From positions 208,816,001-208,880,000 of the forward strand of contig OZ024742.1 in NCBI GenBank assembly GCA_964016885.1: a stretch of 64,000 nucleotides of DNA. Direction: 5' to 3'. Shown one piece after another: positions 56,083 through 64,000 of this stretch; the stretch's first letter is position 1; every line of letters starts with the position of its first letter. Origin of the DNA: Eledone cirrhosa. Its lineage: Eukaryota. A program made the translations under genes and the position numbers. The notes under the pieces are model-generated. The model saw only the letters and a list, made by a program, of their open reading frames with translations, was not told the origin of the DNA and did no database searches.

Positions 56083-56640
56083 ATTACAAAATAACAGGAG
56101 GCATCTTCTGGTGTAAGTCCTTGAAAGTGTTATTATACTATGATCATTTCAATGACCGGGTTCTGTATGAATCCGGTGACATCATCAGGTAATTCAAAAT
56201 ATAACGAAGGAATATAGCAGATAAAAATCCTTGGTGCTTAAATCAGAGACAAGCGGGCGGCCTTTATTTTAGCAGCTTGTAGCTGCGTCGACCGCCCTCA
56301 AGCTACAAGCTGCTAAAATACCGGCCACCCTCTTGTCTCTGATTTAAACACCAAGGATTTTTATCTGCTATATTCGTTCGTTATATTTTGAATTACCTGA
56401 TTATGTTACCTGATTCATACAGAACCCGGTCATTGAAATGATCATAGTATAATAAACCTTTCAAGGATTTACACCAGTCCAGCCTCCTGTTATTTTGTAA
56501 TAATTAACTCCCTAATCGCACCACCAACTACACAAACGAAGACGGGTGGTTGCATTATGTTGAGTGCTTTCCATAACATTACATCATGGCTGACCACACA
56601 GATTGACCAGTTCTATCCAGTGGTGAACCAACAAAGCCAA
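56083..56640 (+). mobile_element. ~420-bp palindrome (56083-56501) plus tail; foldback element of family G
   Basis: ~200-bp arms around a short loop at ~56286-56298. Confidence 0.85.
56132..56195 (-). ncRNA. Type I hammerhead (family G); the plus-arm copy at ~56390-56453 has a mutated core (CTGATTA)
   Basis: TAC-CTGATGA-TGTCACCGG..CCGGTCATT-GAAATGATCAT-A-GTA. Stem III is the palindrome ATGATCAT. Confidence 0.7.
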
Positions 56641-56731
<91 letters not shown>

Positions 56732-56806
56732 CGAGAAGTGGTTCTACAATAGTTAATACACAATTTCCGAGAACGATTTGTCTCACCTCAAACGGATACT
56801 CAGTAT

Positions 56807-56875
<69 letters not shown>

Positions 56876-56942
56876 CAAGGTTTAGCAAATAAGAAAAAGT
56901 TTTAAAATAAATTTTAAAAAGTTCACTATACCTGCTATAATT

Positions 56943-57025
56943 ACTCTTACGCGCGGTTTCAAGTCTGAAAATAAACGGATAATCCATGCGGATATTCATT
57001 GAGAAGAAGACTTTCGTCAGAGGCT
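56943..57025 (-). ncRNA. Type I hammerhead (family H, inverted copy)
   Basis: CT-CTGACGA-AAGTCT..AGACTT-GAAACCGCGCGT-A-AG. GUA triplet; stem I partly mutated. Confidence 0.7.
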
Positions 57026-57227
57026 TCTTCTCACTCGGAGAATATAAAATTCCCGAGTTCAAATCACGAACTTGCGCCATACAGAACTGTTCCCGGATGA
57101 GAGTGTATGATGAAGAAACAATCTTGTCTAGTGCCGTGTGTAAAGATAGAAGGCAGGGGCGGAAAGGTCAATGTACTGCCACTAGAAACAGCAGCAGTTA
57201 AAACGACCAATTCTCCGAGTGAGAAGA

Positions 57228-57311
57228 ACCCTCTGACGAAAGTCTTCTTCTCAATGAATTTTCGCATGCATTATCCATTTATTTTGAGACTTGAAACCGC
57301 GCGATAAGGGT
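57228..57311 (+). ncRNA. Type I hammerhead (family H) with a ~53-nt stem II
   Basis: ACCCT-CTGACGA-AAGTCT..AGACTT-GAAACCGCGCGAT-A-AGGGT. Confidence 0.78.
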
Positions 57312-57719
57312 AATTATAGCAGGTATAGTGAACTTTTAAAATTTTATTTTAAAACTTTTTCATATTTGCTAAACCTTGATTATATATGTTCTGGCTCGTT
57401 AATTTATTAACCTGCCATAGAACCACATTGGCATACGCTTGGATAGTACATGTGTCCCTATATGCATTTTGCATATAGTAAAACATACTTTATTATTATT
57501 AATCTCCCCTGGTCGAGATAACATTTTGGTCGTTTTAACTGCTGCTATTTCTAGTGGCAGTACATTGACCTTTCCGCCTCTGCCTTCTATCTTTACACAC
57601 GGTACTAGACAAGATTGTTACTTCATCATACATTCTCATCCGGGAACAGTTCTGTATAGCGCCAGTAAACCAGTCGATTATCCCATAAGTATTGCCCCAG
57701 AGTTTAATTGATAATCTAA

Positions 57720-59150
57720 AAAATATATACATGTAATGCACATGTGGACTACAACAATCCAACAGTGGATTGTGTTATAATATATTCCTAATACAACAAT
57801 CGAGCAAGGAAATCATCACCAACCTCCAAACTCATCCATAACTAGAGAGAAAACACTATGTACACACTGTCGCAAAAGGATGGAATTATTAAATCTACGA
57901 ACATAAGTTTGGGGATTATAGGGAAGGCAATAAATGGTAACTCTTGAATATACTCTCTAGCTGGAAAAACACTCAGAAGATCCTGCACTAGATCATACCT
58001 ATCATATAATCCTTACATAATATCTTGGTTAAGACTAAATCACCCGCTACATTTTCTGAATTATTACATAAAACCTTTCCACCATAGTACTATAAATGTG
58101 AAATAGAAAAACTTTACGACTCTCATATCCACTACGGCTAACCTGGAAAATTCATAGCAGGATTAAACAATAAAGGCCTCCGCAACACAATAATGATATG
58201 GGAATCCCAATTCGAGGCACTGTTCTATTTTCTACCACAGCCTGCTAACACATCTACCATTATCCTAAATATCGGGACGAAATAACAACTTAACTGATCT
58301 TCACTAGTACAATCTAACAGCAGACAACCCAACAGGTGCACCCAATCGGGTAGATGCATGATTAACAAGATCGTATTACAGTGCAAAATTGCAACAAGCC
58401 TAGGGACCTATAAATATGGTGGAGGGAAACATCTAATTTTTTAAGAAAATATGGTACATGCACTCCCACTCTTTTAAAAATCTGGATTGTCGCAAATCAC
58501 AGCGATGAAATTATAACAGGGAAACATTAATTGAACTCTTAACAGGATAGAATATTTAATTGTAAACAGAAATACCCAAAACATTTTCTCTGGATATAGT
58601 TTGAAGCTAACCTACGATCCATTTTCTTACGAACTACATCTCCTTTGACTGGCTTATTTTCATGATAAAGAAGACTGTCCCCATATCTAGTATTTCAATC
58701 TCCGTGATCTTGAGTAATTTCTTTCATCTCTAATTCTCACCCTCTCGTCTCTCTCATAACTTAGACCAGAAATCAGACAGTTAGCCCAGAAGGGATTTCC
58801 CGTCGTGCTTCTTTACATGACAACAGCTACTCCCATTTTCTAGAATGGTTTTCTTTTAACTACAGAATTAATTCCTTTCAGCCAATGACATTTCTTACTC
58901 CAGCACTATACTGAAGCCCATTGGGTATTATGAAGGAATACTTGAATCCCTTTCGTTATTATCCACTTCTCTGTCTCTTCCTTCCCTTTCTTCACAAATA
59001 AACCTAAAAAATATTGATTATTTCATTTATATCTGAAGATTTGCTGAACACGGACATAATGCACGTGAGACAATGGAAACATATTCCATAAAACACACGT
59101 AGATGGTTACGTAATTGGTAACGAAACACGAGTTAAATTATTTCATCAAA
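57720..59150 (+). mobile_element. Heavily decayed PLE (RT C-terminus, linker, 3' repeat with a degenerate hammerhead at ~59026-59092)
   Basis: Remnant Y.PY...P.HF and CTQSGRCM..IV..C motifs, plus CTGAAGA-TTTG..CAATG-GAAACATATTC. Confidence 0.5.
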
Positions 59151-59419
59151 TAAATCTGTCTTCAACTTTCTCCTCACTGCCTGTTTTTCATAATACGAAA
59201 TTTTATACTAAATTAATCTATGATTTCTTAGGAACTTGTACCATACTCAAAGAATTAACTTCGGGAAAACTACATTACGTAATTCCGTTATTTACTTTGA
59301 GACCAAATATCCAGTTAGGCTGTTCATTCATTATTGTTTGCATATTCATTCCTCACAAATACGAATTTACCACAAAAAAGTGAAAAACTTCCTTATTATC
59401 TCATATATATATATATATG

Positions 59420-59545
59420 AGAAAAGGTTCAGGACTCTGCCGTCGGGGCCCTGAACCTTTTCCTATTACCCATTCTACTACCCAAAGAAAGGGTACTCTG
59501 GTTCGTGATGTTCCACCTGGTTTGTTAACACACTTCCTTTGTTAT
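59420..59545 (+). mobile_element. Family F hairpin-plus-tail copy
   Basis: GAAAAGGTTCAGG/CCTGAACCTTTTC hairpin, then CCTATTACCCATTCTACTAC. Confidence 0.6.
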
Positions 59546-59571
59546 ATATATATATGTACATATATTTAAAG

Positions 59572-59637
<66 letters not shown>

Positions 59638-59639
<2 letters not shown>

Positions 59640-60072
59640 CTTTAAAACTGATAGCGAATGGTCTTCTAAATGTTTTTAATTAAAAATACGGTATATTGCC
59701 AAATATACTATACATAGATTCATGTATACATCGCTATTTCAGACCACTAATACTAATACATATTTTTTGCTGGAGCAACAATCGATCTGTGTAATCAGCT
59801 CTTCATTATTACTGAAATTCTATAAAAATCCATCTTCTATAATTTTCGGCAAAGGCAGGTAAGCGCGTGGTTTTGATAAACGCCAAACAGCGGGAAACAG
59901 AGTGTCAGCCTCACTCCCTGCCTTTGCCTAAAATAAGTAAATGACATAGTCACTACTTTAAAACTGATAGTGAATGGTCTTCTAAATGTTTTTTTAATTA
60001 AACATACGGTATATTGCTAAATCTACTATACATACATGTATTCATCGCTATTTCAGAGCACCAATACTAATA
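59638..60072. repeat. Partial direct repeat with a ~316-bp period
   Basis: TACTTTAAAACTGATAG.GAATGGTCTTCTAAATG at 59638 and ~59954. Confidence 0.75.
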
Positions 60073-60083
60073 TATATACATAT

Positions 60084-60143
<60 letters not shown>

Positions 60144-60154
60144 TGTATATATAA

Positions 60155-60877
60155 TAAATGTAATCTGAGTTTTTCAAATATTAATAATAATATTGGATTC
60201 GTTTGCAATTATGCAAGCAAACCTCATTTTTAAAGCCATGCTCTGGATTGGCATGTAAACAGACCTGCTGACACTAATGTTTCTGGGTACATCATCAGTA
60301 CAAAAGAGTAAGAATGGGGCGCTCATTCTACTGCTCTGGCTTTAATAATGAGGCTTGTTTGCATAATTGCAAACGAATCGAATATTATCATTGATATTCG
60401 AAGAACTCAGATTACATTTATTGTATTCAGCCATGTAAAGCGAACATTTTATTTTTATTTGAATATGGCAAAGCCGGCCATTGATCGCTCGTATACAGGA
60501 AACTGACTGGTCAGTCTGCTGATATGCAAATCTGGATGATCAGTGGATCTGCTAATATGTAGATCTGACTGATCAGCCAGTCTGCTAATATGCAAATCAG
60601 GTCGATCAGTCACTGTATATCTTAGAAAATATCATATATTTTCACTAGCTCTGACAGTTGTCAGGTGAACAGTGAACTGTACTGATGAAGGGTAATACCC
60701 AGAAACATTAGTGTCTGCGGTTCTGTTTACATGCCAACACAAGAGCAAGAATGAGGGGCTCATTCTACTGACATGGCTTTTAAAATTGAGCGGTTTGCAT
60801 AATTGCAAACGAATCGAATATTATTATTAATATTCGAAAAACTCAGATTACATTTATCGTGTTCAGCCATGTAGTGC

Positions 60878-60880
<3 letters not shown>
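60155..60880 (+). mobile_element. Family D element: inverted 5' piece plus tandem units (~436-nt period)
   Basis: Antisense 60155-60303. GCATAATTGCAAACGAATCG occurs at 60361 and 60797. Confidence 0.78.
60674..60723 (+). ncRNA. Type I hammerhead ribozyme (family D), GUC triplet
   Basis: GAACTGTA-CTGATGA-AGGGT.AAT.ACCCA-GAAACATTAGTGT-C-TGCGGTTC, with an 8-bp stem I. Confidence 0.85.
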
Positions 60881-60943
<63 letters not shown>

Positions 60944-61302
60944 ATTCTTTAAATAAATATTTGTGTGATCAGGAGTGAACAGGACAAGAGGAAGATAGAT
61001 GTTTTTAAAATTTATCAAAATGCAGTCTGGGGTTTTAAACAAAAGAGCGTGGGGACAATTTTGAAGACGTCCAGGCGTGTGTGGAGCTGTTTTTGGAGTA
61101 TCACGCAGATTTCATATCCTGAGTATGAATTTATATGTAATCGGGCAGGATGGAAAATGTTGGTCTTCCCTTAAAACATTTTGTAGAGTTCCGCAATTTT
61201 TGCTGTAACTTGCATTCAAATAAGTTTACTTTTGATAATGCACTAGCAAATAGTGGCTTTAAATATAAGGTCTTATACTACCATCCCCGCACTAGAAATA
61301 AT

Positions 61303-61484
61303 TGTTTCTACGTTAGGCACAAGGCCAGCAATTTCCCAGTGCATTACTGGTACTTTATTTTATCGACCCCGTAAGGATGAAAGGCAAAGTCAACCTCGGC
61401 GGGATTTGAACTCAGATCGTAAAGGGACGTATCTATGCTGGAAAGCATGGCGTCCGACCCTCTACTGATACTGCCAATCTACCA
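61303..61484 (-). mobile_element. tRNA-derived SINE with a 13-bp TSD; a partial diverged copy follows at ~61560-61662
   Basis: Near-identical to 46361-46547. TSD CACTAGAAATAAT at 61290-61302 and 61485-61497. Confidence 0.88.
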
Positions 61485-61849
61485 CACTAGAAATAATGTC
61501 TTTTGATTTAGGATGGGGAAAACGTCTATGGAATCGACCTCTTTACGTTACTCGGAAATTGATTTTATTGACCTTGTGGGATTGGAATTCAGAACGTAAA
61601 GAGACTAACTATGTGCCTCAAAGCATGTGGCCTGACACTCTAGCGATACTGCCAATCCACCGCAATAGAAAAAATAGAAACGAGTTAGAAAAAAATGATA
61701 TGGTGTACACGCACTCCTATCTAAACTCTTCGAAATAAAACAATTCCCTAGATTTTGAGCACATAAACTTTGTATATTACACACTATATCCACAGGTTGA
61801 GAGCTCTCCGAATTGTTTATAACCTCCACCAAACTACATCACACACATA

Positions 61850-62406
<557 letters not shown>

Positions 62407-63099
62407 GGTGAGTAATATTGTAGAACAATAAAACTATGCATATATCACATAAGTAGCACTCAACTATTGGTAGAACTGGAGTATATATAATAAAGAAGAA
62501 ATTAAAAGATGGTTAAAAGCGTTCCAAATATTTTATTATGCGCATTTCGAATACAATATCATCCTGGGACAAAAATTGTGTTCTCATCAGATAAAATAAG
62601 GTAACATGATATGAGGCATAATAGCAGTTGTTTACAGGAAAGTGCTAAGTCTACATATGACAGAAATATAAGTGTTCAAACTATAGTAAGAAATAGATAG
62701 GAAAATAGAAGAAAGGAAAGAAGAAGAGAAAAAGGAAAAAGAAAGAGAAGAAAAGAAATGAAAAAAGAAGAAAAAAAGGAAGAGAGAGACTTGTGATCAG
62801 GAATGCTGTCAAAATGAAAACACCTGTAAATAACGGTTAAAAAGTAAATTGATGAGGTGTATTTGCGAATATTATAGACGGTATTCAAATATTAGAGGCC
62901 TGAATATAGAAACTGGGTATATTATTTTATAGTGGGTTTAAATACTAAAAATTGGATTAAGAAGTGTAAAAATATATTAATAAAATAAAATTAAAAAAAG
63001 GTTTTTATAAAATATAATAAAAATAAAAGTAGTCTATCTATGTCAAAATTAATAATTTCTAGTAAAAATCTATATATGTGGGGTTACTATTTAATTTTT

Positions 63100-64000
63100 A
63101 TTTTATATCAACAAGTAAATAAAGAAAATTGCTAGAAAGATTTATAAACGTAGAATCAGATGGATCGCTCATTTCCATGACCAGCGCTTAAAAGGAATTT
63201 TTTTATAGAAAGGAACCTTATAACCTCGATTCATTATTTAACTCCAGAAGAAACCCTCCCTTTAATAAAAACTTAGCACATTTTAAAACGAATTAACTAA
63301 AATTATACGAGGACTTAAATTCAAAAGAAACCATTATCGAGGCCAGGGACACCTTATTAACTTTAAGAATAAAATTAATGACCTTAATTCTTTTAAAAAA
63401 CGTTTTAGTTCATTCTGGCAAAACTAATAATTTATAAGCATAAGTAGGGATAAATATAATAACCTTATCCTTAAAGAATTAAGAAAAACTTATCGTAAAA
63501 CTACGCACGAATATCTGGATTCTATTAATAGGGAAGCATTTGAGATAGTAACCAACGTCGGAATTACGAAAAAAACAGAACCCTTTTTCCGAGGATTAGT
63601 CTGAAGGATCATTTAAGAAATTTTCGAGCGGACTTCCCCGTAACACTAATTGCCCCTTCTAAATCTGACCTAGGGATTGTTAGTAAATCCATCTTGGATA
63701 GAATTATCCCACAGGTTGGGTCTAAATCTCAATTAAATTTATGGTTGGGTTGATCTGAAGTAATAGACTGGTTCAACGACCTAAAAAATAAAAACGAACT
63801 GAAATGTATTCAATAAGACATCGCCAGCTATTACTCTTCTATTTCTCCTTCATTCCTAAACAAGGCTCTTTCATATGCATTAAAATATACGGACATCACT
63901 AGTGAATAAATAAACATCATTCTCACCGCTAGGAAAACCATCTTGGAATTTAACAATGAATATGGGACAAGAGCGGATACTTCCAACAATTTCGACATCA
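63100..64000 (+). pseudogene. PLE RT N-terminal region, running off the window end
   Basis: KTNNLY, LKDH..NF, LIAPSKSDLGIVSKSILDRI, EVIDWF, DIASYYSSI, IILTARKTIL.FN and FDI. Confidence 0.8.

Larger units (their letters stand above)
56872..57665. mobile_element. Family H foldback element with nested inversions
   Basis: 56872-57045 is the reverse complement of 57210-57385, and 57074-57211 is the reverse complement of 57526-57662. Confidence 0.8.

Noticed and set aside
59750-59815. Minus-strand ATGAAGA-GCTG..CAGC-AAAA motif in the 316-bp direct repeat
   Set aside because: Both core halves are mutated; suggestive of a dead ribozyme but unsupported.

Overview
Non-coding, AT- and microsatellite-rich animal genomic DNA, probably cephalopod/octopus (inferred from the SINE type and the TA/CA/GATA density). 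I recognise no host protein-coding gene, and almost all ORFs in the supplied track are microsatellite artefacts. The recognisable coding remnants are decayed retroelements: Penelope-like elements (PLEs; RT and GIY-YIG), RTE LINEs (one near full length, two with twin-priming inversions), L1/Tx1-like 3' ends in (TCTA)n, CRE-like and R4/Dong-like endonuclease ends, and tRNA-derived SINEs. The main hidden signal, found by folding the sequence by eye, is a dense set of type I hammerhead-ribozyme folds: about 20 intact or decayed copies from 8-9 unrelated families. They lie in PLE terminal repeats and in non-coding foldback or tandem (320-440 nt, retrozyme-like) elements. Several have unusual architecture: a stem II expanded to 50-116 nt, a mismatched 10.1-11.1 closing pair, or variant cores (CAGAAGA, CCGUCGA). 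None of the folds has been verified computationally or experimentally.
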